Position numbers and translations under genes: made by a program
NCBI GenBank assembly: GCA_965203485.1
Contig: OZ241892.1
Coordinates: 1,376,001 to 1,440,000, forward strand
Direction: 5' to 3'
From: Longimicrobiales bacterium
GTDB lineage: Bacteria > Gemmatimonadota > Gemmatimonadetes > Longimicrobiales > Gaopeijiaceae
Length of the DNA stretch: 64,000 nt
Notes under the pieces: generated by a model
The model's input: the letters and a program-made list of their open reading frames with translations, nothing else
Told to the model about the DNA's origin: nothing
Database searches by the model: none
Shown: positions 48,804 through 57,615 of the stretch, in pieces
Layout: the number at the start of each line of letters is the position of its first letter
How positions within the stretch are numbered: position 1 is the first letter of the stretch

Positions 48804-49550
48804 CTATAGCTCCAGCTTCCATTCGCGGACGGCGCTCATTCGAGCCCGGTTCGTCAGGTCGAGATGAAGCGGGGTCACCGAGACGCATCCCTCGCTGACG
48901 GCTTGGAAGTCCGAGTCCGGGGCGTCGTCCCAGCGCTCCACGGTGCCGCCGATCCAGTAGTACTCCCTGCCCGACGGGTCGGGCGCCCGCGTGACCGCGT
49001 CCGTGTAGTGACGGCGGCCGAGCTCGGTGACGCGGACCCCCCGTGCTTCGTCCGGCCGGACCGGGGGCAGGTTGACGTTCAGAACTTCGCCGGCCGCGAT
49101 GCCGCGCGCCGTAATTTGCGTCAGCAAGCCGACGAGCGCGGTCTGCCAGCCCTCGACTTCCTCGACTCGCCGGCCCGCGAAGGAAACCGCCACGGCCGGG
49201 ATCCTCATGATGGCGGCTTCCATCGCCGCGGCCACGGTGCCCGAGTAGAAGACGTCCTCGCCCATGTTGGGGCCTGCGTTGACGCCGGAAAGGCACAGTC
49301 CAGGTCGTTCGCCGAGCAACTCGTTGACCGCGAGCATGACGCAGTCGGTGGGCGTGCCGTCGATGATCGTGGTGCCGTCGGGGGCGCGCCGCTTGCGCAG
49401 GGGATGATGAAGAGTCAGCGCGTGGCTGGACGCGCTTCGCTCCCGGTCGGGCGCCACGACGTCGACCGCGCCGATCTCGTGGGCGGCCTCGGCCAGCACG
49501 CGAAGTCCCGGAGACAGGTAGCCGTCGTCGTTGGTGCAGAGAATGCGCAC
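48804..49550 (-). CDS. surE: 5'/3'-nucleotidase SurE
   Basis: RILCTNDDG, VVAPDRERS, GTPTDCV, SGVNAGPNMG, YSGTVAAA, VSVTPL. Confidence 0.96.
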   Translation of the reverse strand: MRILCTNDDGYLSPGLRVLAEAAHEIGAVDVVAPDRERSASSHALTLHHPLRKRRAPDGTTIIDGTPTDCVMLAVNELLGERPGLCLSGVNAGPNMGEDVFYSGTVAAAMEAAIMRIPAVAVSFAGRRVEEVEGWQTALVGLLTQITARGIAAGEVLNVNLPPVRPDEARGVRVTELGRRHYTDAVTRAPDPSGREYYWIGGTVERWDDAPDSDFQAVSEGCVSVTPLHLDLTNRARMSAVREWKLEL

Positions 49551-49564
49551 GCGGGCGTGCTCGC

Positions 49565-50392
49565 TCAGTCCGGCCGTCGGGTCGCCTGGTCCGGCGGAAG
49601 CGTCAGGGCCGCCCGCGCCGCCACCAAGCCATCCTTGATCAAGGCCAGCATGGCTGGTTCCGCGCGAAGCTGGGTCTCCGCTTCGAACTTCCGGTCCCGC
49701 CGCATCTCGTGGAGCTTCTGCTTGGCGCCTTCGATGGTGAAGCGCTCCTCGTAGAGCAGGCGCTTGACCAGGAGGATGGTCCTTATGTCCTCGACGCGGT
49801 AGACGCGGCTCCCGCCCCGGTTCTTGCCCGGAGAGACGACGTTGAACTGCGACTCCCAATACCGCAGGACGTGCGGCTTGAGTCCCGTGAGCTCGCCGAC
49901 TTCGCCGATCGAGTAGTAGACCTTCTTCGCGACGGGCTCGGTCGCGGTCGCGGCTCCGTCCGGGGAGACCCCATCGCGGTTCAGCGGACCGGCGGCGGCT
50001 TCGTCTTCGGGGCGCCCAGCGACGCCGGACTCTGGGTGCGCGTCCCTCTCGACGCCGACGTGCTCGGCGGTGTCGCCGGACTGGTCCGGCGCCCCCGGCG
50101 GGTCGGGGGCGGCCTCGCCGGGCGGATCGGCTTGGGCTCGGTCGTACGGGCTCGGCGGAAGGCGGGCGGGCGGATTGGGATCGGCATGTTCGACGACGTC
50201 GGCGGACCGGTCGGCGCCGGGGGCGACCGGCGGATCGGCGGTCGCGGCGGCTTCCGCGTGGTCCGCGGCGTCGTGGACGGTGCGAGCGGGGCGCCGGGGG
50301 GGGGCGGCATCGTCGATGGCGCCGGCGCGCGGCCCGGCGTTCGCGCCGCCGGAGCGGCCGGCGGCGTCTCCGTTCGGCACGGCGGTGGTCAC
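49565..50392 (-). CDS. MerR-family HTH protein with a long acidic Pro/Ala-rich N-terminal extension
   Basis: KKVYYSIGEV...LKPHVLRYWESQF...PGKNRGGSRVYR...LLYEERFTIEGA. The GTG start overlaps the upstream stop. Confidence 0.85.
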   Translation of the reverse strand: MTTAVPNGDAAGRSGGANAGPRAGAIDDAAPPRRPARTVHDAADHAEAAATADPPVAPGADRSADVVEHADPNPPARLPPSPYDRAQADPPGEAAPDPPGAPDQSGDTAEHVGVERDAHPESGVAGRPEDEAAAGPLNRDGVSPDGAATATEPVAKKVYYSIGEVGELTGLKPHVLRYWESQFNVVSPGKNRGGSRVYRVEDIRTILLVKRLLYEERFTIEGAKQKLHEMRRDRKFEAETQLRAEPAMLALIKDGLVAARAALTLPPDQATRRPD

Positions 50393-52188
50393 GGCAACGC
50401 CCTTCCGTGGTCTGCCCCGGCGGCGGCCGGCGGGCGTTCGAAGGCCAACTCCGGGTTCTCGGGCTTCGGCTGTCTGGTCATGAGCCGGGACAACGCCTCG
50501 GTGGGATCGGCCCCTTCGACGACGATGCGGTGCGCTTCGGCGCAGAGCGGCATTTCGACTTCCAAGCGGTCGGCGAGTTGGTTGACGGCGCGCACGGTTG
50601 CCACGCCTTCGGCCACCGTGCGCTCTCTCTTCAGAATTTCGCCAATCGGGCGTCCTTTGCCCAGTTGCACGCCGACGGCTCGGTTGCGGCTCAACTCGCC
50701 GGTGCAGGTCAGGACCAAGTCGCCCAAGCCGGCCAGTCCGGCGAACGTGACGGCCTGGGCGCCCAACGCGCCCCCTAGCCGGCTCGTCTCGGCCAGCCCG
50801 CGGGTGATCAGGGCGGCGACCGCGTTGCTCCCCAGCCCCAGCCCCGACGCGACCCCGGCCGCCAGCGCCACGACGTTCTTGAGCGCGCCCGCGAGCTGGA
50901 CGCCCACGACGTCGGGCGACGTGTAGACTCGGAAGCGGTCCGTCTGAAGAAGCGCCTGCGCGGCGAGGCACGCGTCCTCGTCGCGGCTGGCGACGACGAC
51001 CGCGGTCGGCCTTCCCGCGGCCACTTCGCGGGCGAAGCTCGGGCCGGAGAGCGCGCAGAAGCGCCGGACTTGCCGGGTCGGCAGGAACTCGGCGAACACC
51101 TCGTCCATGCGCCGCTTCGTTTCGACCTCGATGCCCTTCGAGCACGACACCACCAGCGCGTCCGCGGCGATGAACGGAGCCGCCCGCGCGAGCACGGCGG
51201 CCGAGTGCTGGACCGGACAGGCCCAGACTACCGCTCTCGCGCCGCCGAGAGCTCGTTCGAGCGAGCAAGTCGCCCGAAGCCGGCCTCGGTCCAGGGGAAC
51301 GCCCTTCAAGTAGACGGCGTTCTCGCCCGACGCCTCGATGGAGTCCACCACCTCCGGCTCGCGCGCCCACAGGCGGACTCGACCGGACTCGGCGAGGAGC
51401 TTGGCCAGCGCCGTGCCCCAGGAACCGGCCCCGACGACGGCGACGGGCCGGTCCGCGTCGTCCTCGCCCGAACCGGACGCCCGGCGCCCGCGCGCAACCC
51501 CGGCGGCGCCCGCATCCTCGCCGGCCGGTTCAGCCGCCGGCCTTCCAAGCGGCCCGGAGGCTTCGGCGTCTCTCCTTGGCGAGGCGGGCGCAGGTTCCCC
51601 AACCTTGGGCTCTTCTCCGCTCCGCAACCGCGCCAGGTTGCCGCGGTGGGACCAAGCGACGAACCCCGCCGTCACCAGCAAGAAGGCTCGCAGCGCGGTC
51701 CCCGCCCCCGCAACGAGCCATGCGGACATGGCGGCGGCCCCAGCGGCCGAAATGGACGCCAGCGAGACGTAGCGCGTCAGGAGCAGCGCCATTCCCCATG
51801 CGACGAGCGCAACGGCGAGAACCGGCGGGGAGAGCGCCGCCAGCACGCCGGCCCCCGTGGCCACGCCCTTCCCTCCGCGAAAGCCCGTCCAGAACGAGAA
51901 CGCGTGTCCGGCGATCGCCGCCGCGCCGTACAAGACCCCCCAGTCGGACGCCGGCAGTTCGTCGAGGCGCGGGAACCACAACGCCGGCGCAAGGCCCTTG
52001 AGGACGTCGGCCAGGACGACCGGCGCCCCGGCCTTCCAGCCGAGCACGCGGAAGGCGTTCGTGGCGCCCAAGTTGCCGCTTCCATGGGCGCGCAAGTCCA
52101 CTCCGTATGCCGCGCGGCCTACCCAGTACGACGCAGGGGTCGCGCCGACGACGTATGCGGCGAAGGTCAGCAGCAGCGCCGCGGTCAT
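50389..52188 (-). CDS. plsY-gpsA: Fused glycerol-3-phosphate acyltransferase PlsY and NAD(P)H-dependent glycerol-3-phosphate dehydrogenase GpsA
   Basis: PlsY: DLRAHGSGNLGATN, D.LKG, GH.F, GGKGVAT, HRGNL.RL..G.EP. GpsA: VVGAGSWGTALA, SKGIE, LSGPSFA, ALKNV.A, GLGDL..TC....SRN, VAEG. One frame with no stop. Confidence 0.92.
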   Translation of the reverse strand: MTAALLLTFAAYVVGATPASYWVGRAAYGVDLRAHGSGNLGATNAFRVLGWKAGAPVVLADVLKGLAPALWFPRLDELPASDWGVLYGAAAIAGHAFSFWTGFRGGKGVATGAGVLAALSPPVLAVALVAWGMALLLTRYVSLASISAAGAAAMSAWLVAGAGTALRAFLLVTAGFVAWSHRGNLARLRSGEEPKVGEPAPASPRRDAEASGPLGRPAAEPAGEDAGAAGVARGRRASGSGEDDADRPVAVVGAGSWGTALAKLLAESGRVRLWAREPEVVDSIEASGENAVYLKGVPLDRGRLRATCSLERALGGARAVVWACPVQHSAAVLARAAPFIAADALVVSCSKGIEVETKRRMDEVFAEFLPTRQVRRFCALSGPSFAREVAAGRPTAVVVASRDEDACLAAQALLQTDRFRVYTSPDVVGVQLAGALKNVVALAAGVASGLGLGSNAVAALITRGLAETSRLGGALGAQAVTFAGLAGLGDLVLTCTGELSRNRAVGVQLGKGRPIGEILKRERTVAEGVATVRAVNQLADRLEVEMPLCAEAHRIVVEGADPTEALSRLMTRQPKPENPELAFERPPAAAGADHGRALP

Positions 52189-53513
52189 CGTCGCGCGTTC
52201 TCGCCGCCGCTCCTGCGGAAGCGGACGCGGACGGGCACTCCGGCGAAGTTCCAGCGGCGCCGCAATCCGTTGGCGAGGTAGCGGCGATAGGCGGCCGGCA
52301 CGTCCTTGGGGTAGTTGGCGAAGACCACGAAGGTGGGCGGCGCGGTCGTCGCCTGGGTCGCGTACTTGAGCCTGAGCGGGCGCCCCCGCACGTGCGGCGG
52401 AGGACGCTGGGCCGTCAAGTTCCGGACCGCCCGGTTCACTCTCGCCGTCTCCAAGCGCGCACGCCGCCGTTCGGCGACGCCGAGCGCCAAGTCGAGGACC
52501 CTGCGCACGCGCATGCCGGTAAGCGCCGACGCGAACAAGAACGGCGCGTCGGCGAGAAAAGGCGCCCGGCCGCGGACCTCGGCCTCGAACTCCTGGGCCG
52601 TGCGCGCGTCCTTCGTCACCAAGTCCCACTTGTTGCACACCGCGACCACGCCGCAGCCCGCGTCCCATGCCGCGCGGGCCACCTTGACGTCCTGCACGTG
52701 CAGACCCTCCGCGGCGTCGATCATCGCGAGACACACGTCGGCGTCCTCGACCACCCGCGCCGTGCGCAGGTTCGCGTAGTACTCGACCGAATCCCGGATG
52801 CGGGAGTGCCGGCGGAGTCCGGCCGTGTCGACGAACGTCACCGTCCTTCCGTGGTACTTGAGGTGCAGGTCGACCGGATCGCGCGTGGTCCCGGCCTCGT
52901 CGCTCACCACCATGCGCTCCTCTCCGAAGATGCGGTTCACGAAGGACGACTTGCCCGCGTTGGGCTTGCCGATCACGGCGACGCGCACGTCGCTCGCGGA
53001 CGGCGTCCCATCCTCCCCGGGCAACCGTTGCAGCAACTCGTCGAAGAGATCGCCGAGGCCCCGGCCCGACATGGCGCTGACCGGATGCGGCCTTCCCATC
53101 CCCAGAGCCCAGAAGTCCAGGTGCGACTGCGCGCCCGGGAGATCGTCCACCTTGTTCGCCGCGAGCAGGACGGGTTTGCCGGCCCGGCGCAGCACGTCGG
53201 CCAGGTGTTCGTCCAGAGAGTGCACGCCTTCCTTCGAGTCCACGAGGAACACCACGGCGTCGGCCTCGCCGATCGCGGTCATGGCCTGTCGGCGAACGCT
53301 GCGGTCGATCTCGCGGGCGGAATCCTCGATCACGCCGCCCGTGTCGACCACGAAGAAGCCGCGCCCGCACCACTCCGCCTCGCCGAAGTTGCGGTCGCGC
53401 GTCACGCCGGCCGCGTCGTCCACGATTGCGGTTCGGCGCCCCACCGCCCGGTTGAAGAAGGTCGACTTCCCCACGTTGGGCCGCCCGACGACCGCGACCA
53501 CTGGAAGGCTCAC
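52185..53513 (-). CDS. der: Ribosome biogenesis GTPase Der
   Basis: Two G domains: GRPNVGKS/DTGG/NKVD and GKPNAGKSS/DTAG/NKWD, plus a KH-like C-terminus. Confidence 0.97.
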   Translation of the reverse strand: MSLPVVAVVGRPNVGKSTFFNRAVGRRTAIVDDAAGVTRDRNFGEAEWCGRGFFVVDTGGVIEDSAREIDRSVRRQAMTAIGEADAVVFLVDSKEGVHSLDEHLADVLRRAGKPVLLAANKVDDLPGAQSHLDFWALGMGRPHPVSAMSGRGLGDLFDELLQRLPGEDGTPSASDVRVAVIGKPNAGKSSFVNRIFGEERMVVSDEAGTTRDPVDLHLKYHGRTVTFVDTAGLRRHSRIRDSVEYYANLRTARVVEDADVCLAMIDAAEGLHVQDVKVARAAWDAGCGVVAVCNKWDLVTKDARTAQEFEAEVRGRAPFLADAPFLFASALTGMRVRRVLDLALGVAERRRARLETARVNRAVRNLTAQRPPPHVRGRPLRLKYATQATTAPPTFVVFANYPKDVPAAYRRYLANGLRRRWNFAGVPVRVRFRRSGGENARR

Positions 53514-54784
53514 GGCGCCGCCAGCGCGTCGAGCAGGCCGGCGCCCGTCCGCGTCTCGGCCGGCGCCAGCCGTCGCTCGACCTCGGCCAGCGCCAGCCCG
53601 TCGATGAATACGCCGTCTCCGTTGACGGCCTCTTTCGGCAACAGAACCAAGTCTCCGTCCCGCGACGGCCCGAGCGCATCCACCAGGTCGCGCCCGGCCA
53701 AGAGGCCGGCGACCGTCACCGTCGGCCCGAAGTACCGGTTCCCGACCGTCACGAGATCGACCTCGGCGGCGACGCCGGCGGCGACGGCCGGAGCAAGGCG
53801 CTCCATGAAGGGAGACATCGAGCGGCCGGTGGCAATTCGCACCCGGTTCACCCCTGTCAAGGGACGCAGCCGCCCCCTGCCGGTCTCGAAACAATCCAGG
53901 AACGCCCGCAACGCGCCGACTCCGTTCTCGACCAGCTCCGCGCCGCCGTAGTAGTCGGCAGCGGGTGGTTCGCGCCCGGCGACGAGGAACATCTCGTCGG
54001 CGGCGTAGCACCACGCGCCGTCCCGCTCTTGCCGCGCCCGGCGCCGGGCCTCGCCCACTTGGCGCAGGGCGCGATCGGCTTCGCCGGGAGTCAGAAGGCG
54101 CACGGGGCGGTTCAGGTTGTGCCGCGTCAGGCCGACCGGCACCACGGACAGAGTGAGGACGGCGCCGCCCAGGGCGTACAGGTCGCGAATCGTGCGGTCC
54201 AGCTCGGTTCCGTCGTTCCAGCCCGGACAGAGCACGATCTGGGCGTGCACTTCGACGCCGCCGTCCAGGAGAACGCCAAGCTGGTCGAGGACGGGAGGCG
54301 CGCGGTCGTTGCCCAGAAGGCGGTTGCGGACGTCGGTGTCCGTGGCGTGCACGCTCACGTAGAGCGGCGATATCCGCTGGTCGACGAGACGCTGAATGCC
54401 TCGCGGACCCAAGTTGGTCAGCGTCACGTAGCTGCCGTAGGTGAACGACAAGCGGAAGTCGTCGTCGCGAAGCCAGAGCGGCGCCCGCGCCTCGGGCAGA
54501 TTCCCGTCGATGAAGCAGAACACGCAGGCGTTGGCGCACTCGCGCACCTTGTCGCGGGCGGGGACGATGCCGAGCGCCTCGCCCGGATCGCGCTCGATGT
54601 CGTAGACGACGAGCTCGCCGCCGGGGGACACCGCCTCGAGCTCGATGCGGGCCTCCGCCGTGCGAAACGCGAAGTCCAGCGAGTCGCGGACGCGCTCGCC
54701 GTTGACGCTCAGGACGCGCGTTCCAATCTGAAGCTCCAGGGTCTCCCCCAAGGAGCCGGACGCGATTTCGGCGATTCGCACCAC
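53510..54784 (-). CDS. PDZ + DUF512 putative Fe-S (radical SAM-like) protein
   Basis: N-terminal PDZ-like region, CANACVFCFID (CxxxCxxC), DDDFRLSF.YG.YVTLTN, SPLYVSVH, VLCPGWND, ENGVG, VTVAGLL.G.D. Confidence 0.9.
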   Translation of the reverse strand: MVRIAEIASGSLGETLELQIGTRVLSVNGERVRDSLDFAFRTAEARIELEAVSPGGELVVYDIERDPGEALGIVPARDKVRECANACVFCFIDGNLPEARAPLWLRDDDFRLSFTYGSYVTLTNLGPRGIQRLVDQRISPLYVSVHATDTDVRNRLLGNDRAPPVLDQLGVLLDGGVEVHAQIVLCPGWNDGTELDRTIRDLYALGGAVLTLSVVPVGLTRHNLNRPVRLLTPGEADRALRQVGEARRRARQERDGAWCYAADEMFLVAGREPPAADYYGGAELVENGVGALRAFLDCFETGRGRLRPLTGVNRVRIATGRSMSPFMERLAPAVAAGVAAEVDLVTVGNRYFGPTVTVAGLLAGRDLVDALGPSRDGDLVLLPKEAVNGDGVFIDGLALAEVERRLAPAETRTGAGLLDALAAP

Positions 54785-54966
54785 GGACGATTTCTCTCCC
54801 GCTGCGCGGACGACCCCAACCCCTTCCCCGTCCTCCGCAAGGGCGGTCGCGGCAAGCGGCTAGACTTGCCGCCAAGGAGGCGCGAACGTCTCCGATCGCC
54901 GTACAGGCGGAGGGACGCCCGCCTTCCTCGCCCTTTCGGGCGGGCGCCGGGCTCGGGGGCTGGGGG

Positions 54967-55845
54967 CTAGCGGTTCCGCGCCAGCATCTCCTGGAAGAGG
55001 ATGTGGTCGCGCACGTTGTTCCAGGTGTAGCGGGTCGACAGGCTGTTGACCGTCACCAGAGTCGAGCTGGCGATGAGGGGCTCCAGGAGGCCCACGGCTT
55101 CCGCCACGTCGCCCAGCTCCGCGTAAGTCTGCGCCCACCGGCGCTGCACGCCCGGGCGAGCCTCGTCGCTGACGGGCATCGACATGGCCTTTTCGAGCGC
55201 CGCGCGCGCGTCCGCCATGCGGCCCGCCCTGGCCAAGTTGCGCGCGTACTGCCCCTGCCAGTTGGCTTGCTGGTCCGGGGCGTCGAAATCGAGCGGATTG
55301 CGGTCCCACGCCGCCACGAGGCGCCCCCACAGGATGCGCGACTCGTGCTGCCGCCCCGCGACGCGGTGCATCCAAGCCTTCTCGGCCAAGCACGTGCACC
55401 GGTAGCCGGGATCCGGATGGTCGGGAGACAGCTCCGCGACGAGTTCGTCGAATTCGCCGCCCTGGAGGAGCGCTGGGAAGCTGTTGGTCACGCCCGCGAC
55501 CTGCACGGGGGTGAGGCGGACGACGGCCCGCGTCTCCCGCAGCGCCCGTTGCATGCCGTCCACGCCGCCGCCGGACGCGAGCGCCTGAAAGATGTGCTCG
55601 CGCACCCATTCGCCCTTGGCGGCTTCGAGGGCTTCCGTGGCTTGGTCGAGCAGCTGCGCGGCCACTTCGAAGTCGCCGAGGCGCCGGGCCGCGGCCGCTC
55701 CTGCCATGAGAACGCCCAGGTCGCTCGAGCCGCGTGCGTCCTGGACGCGCGTCATGAGGTCGGGGGCGGGCGTCTGCGCCAACATCGGAACGGCGGAGAA
55801 AGTGACGAGCGAGAGGGCGACGGTCGGCAGAAGGGCTCTGCGCAT
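54967..55845 (-). CDS. Secreted TPR-like hypothetical protein
   Basis: Signal peptide ending MLA-Q, helical TPR-like repeats (YARNLARAGR..DA...LEKA; AQTYAELGD..EAV..LE.L). Confidence 0.7.
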   Translation of the reverse strand: MRRALLPTVALSLVTFSAVPMLAQTPAPDLMTRVQDARGSSDLGVLMAGAAAARRLGDFEVAAQLLDQATEALEAAKGEWVREHIFQALASGGGVDGMQRALRETRAVVRLTPVQVAGVTNSFPALLQGGEFDELVAELSPDHPDPGYRCTCLAEKAWMHRVAGRQHESRILWGRLVAAWDRNPLDFDAPDQQANWQGQYARNLARAGRMADARAALEKAMSMPVSDEARPGVQRRWAQTYAELGDVAEAVGLLEPLIASSTLVTVNSLSTRYTWNNVRDHILFQEMLARNR

Positions 55846-55922
55846 GGTGCGGCTCCGAATGGGGCGAATGTGCGGAATGTCCTCGCGCGGCGGCGCATGG
55901 GGCGCCGAGACGCGGCGCGAAG

Positions 55923-55995
55923 AGCGGGAGACGGGAATCGAACCCGCGACCCTCAGCTTGGGAAGCTGATGCTCTACCGACTGAGCTACTCCCGC
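55923..55995 (-). tRNA. tRNA-Gly(CCC)
   Basis: Minus strand GCGGGAG-TA-GCTC..GAGC-A-TCAGC-TT CCC AA-GCTGA..GCGGG-TTCGATT-CCCGT-CTCCCGC-T. CCA is not encoded. Confidence 0.97.
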
Positions 55996-56011
55996 TATGG
56001 GCCTGCCGTCG

Positions 56012-57409
56012 TCACCGATTGAGTACCTCCAGATAGTAGGCGAGCACCGACTCGTCGCTGGTAAGGTCCGCCTGAAAGCTCTGCGCCGCGTCTGCCGCAG
56101 GAGCGATGACCCGAACGTCCACGAAGCCGACTTCGGCCCCGTCCTCGCCCAGAAAGTGGACTCGCACTTCGACAGTCGTGCCCGGCTCCAGCAACTTGTT
56201 GGTCAGCTCGCCACGCACGGACCCGCCGCCCGACGACCGGGGGGTCAGCGTCGTGCCGCCCAAGTTGAACTCCAGGGCCTCGGCGGACTCCAGCACGCGC
56301 ACGGCTTCCTGCTCGTCGCCCGCCTGGACCAGCGCCTGCGCGTAGAGCCGATGGTTGTATGGGTCGAAGCCGTCGAGTTCGATCAAGCGGGAGCTGACGG
56401 CCGCCAGCTCCTCCCACGCCTCCGAGTCCAGGAGGGCCTGGGCCAAGTTGAACAGCGCGTCGCGGCTCTCGGGAGCGATCTCCGCCACCTTGCGAAACGC
56501 GTCGGCGGCTTGCTCGAACGCCTCGCCCGTGTACAGGCCGACTCCGACGTTCATCAGTTCGCGGGGGCCGAGATCGTCGTTTGCCAGCAATCCGTCGTAG
56601 ATGGCCTGGGCCGAGTCCTGCATTCCCGACATTGACAGCACGGACGCCATGCTCGAAAGCGCCGTGACGTCGTTCGGATAGTTGCCCAGGTAGGTCTCGT
56701 ACTCCGCGATGGCCTCGTCGTGACGCTCGGCTTGGCTCAGCAACTGCGCGCGGTTGAAGGCTACGCTCATCTCCCGCTCGGACCAACTTGCCCGCGTGGC
56801 GCTGTCCACGCTCTCGGAGCGAGGGTTGCGGATGATCCGGAGCGCGCGGCCGAACGCATCGATGGCGTCGTCCGGGCGCTCCGCCATGTTGTACGCCATG
56901 CCGAGGTTGATCAAGGCCTCGGGGCGCCGCTCGCTGAAGATCATCTCGGCCTTCTCGAGCAGGCGGATGCCTTCCGCCGCGTCGCCGGCGTCGATGGGAA
57001 CGAGGGCGGTGTTGAACGCCGTGATCCATGCGCTCTCGCGCTCGATGCGGATGTCCTCGCCGTAGGCGGGATAGAGTTCCAATGCCTTGTCGAACAGCGA
57101 GTCGGCCGCCACGTAGTCGTCCAGGCCTATTTGGGCTTGGCCCGCCAGCATGTAGCCCATCGGATTGTCGGCTTCCTGGGCGATCGACGTCATGGCGGCG
57201 GCGAGAGCCTCCCGGTAGCGCGCCTCGCCTCCGTCCTCGGCGGCGCCCGCCTGCAGCAACGCGAACTGCGCCGTGCGCGTGTGAGTGTTCTCGCTGGGCG
57301 CGAATCCCTCCATTCCGCCCCCGTCGCCTCCCCCACCCGAGCCGGAAGCACATCCGCCTGCGGCCAGTCCGCAGGCAACCGCGATAACGCCGAACTGGGC
57401 CCTGTTCAC
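56012..57409 (-). CDS. TPR-repeat lipoprotein
   Basis: Lipobox AGGC, multiple TPRs, beta-rich C-terminal domain (VRGELTN...VEVRVHFLGEDG.EVG). Confidence 0.85.
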   Translation of the reverse strand: MNRAQFGVIAVACGLAAGGCASGSGGGGDGGGMEGFAPSENTHTRTAQFALLQAGAAEDGGEARYREALAAAMTSIAQEADNPMGYMLAGQAQIGLDDYVAADSLFDKALELYPAYGEDIRIERESAWITAFNTALVPIDAGDAAEGIRLLEKAEMIFSERRPEALINLGMAYNMAERPDDAIDAFGRALRIIRNPRSESVDSATRASWSEREMSVAFNRAQLLSQAERHDEAIAEYETYLGNYPNDVTALSSMASVLSMSGMQDSAQAIYDGLLANDDLGPRELMNVGVGLYTGEAFEQAADAFRKVAEIAPESRDALFNLAQALLDSEAWEELAAVSSRLIELDGFDPYNHRLYAQALVQAGDEQEAVRVLESAEALEFNLGGTTLTPRSSGGGSVRGELTNKLLEPGTTVEVRVHFLGEDGAEVGFVDVRVIAPAADAAQSFQADLTSDESVLAYYLEVLNR

Positions 57410-57492
57410 TCAATTCTCCTGATCACGTTGGGTCTGGCGCCCGCCTCTGCCCGAAGGCCCAAGGGGGCGCCGCGTCCTGGAAGCCGACTTGA

Positions 57493-57521
57493 AATGTATT
57501 GCCCGGCCCGCCGGAGGTCAA
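57493..57521 (-). promoter_or_regulatory. Sigma70 promoter upstream of the TPR lipoprotein/tRNA-Gly
   Basis: Minus strand TTGACC, 17 nt, TACATT, in the intergenic region. Confidence 0.6.
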
Positions 57522-57615
57522 AGCCCGAAGTCGGCCTCGCGGCCGCGCCGTCCAGCGGGCGAGGGCCGGGGCAACTTGGGGGATGCGCCCGGTCGCCGGT
57601 GAATCGCGACCGGTC

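Noticed and set aside
52189..53679. Apparent 1096-aa ORF extending plsY-gpsA upstream
   Set aside because: The upstream part is an alternative frame of der. The real start is ATG 52188, overlapping the der stop.
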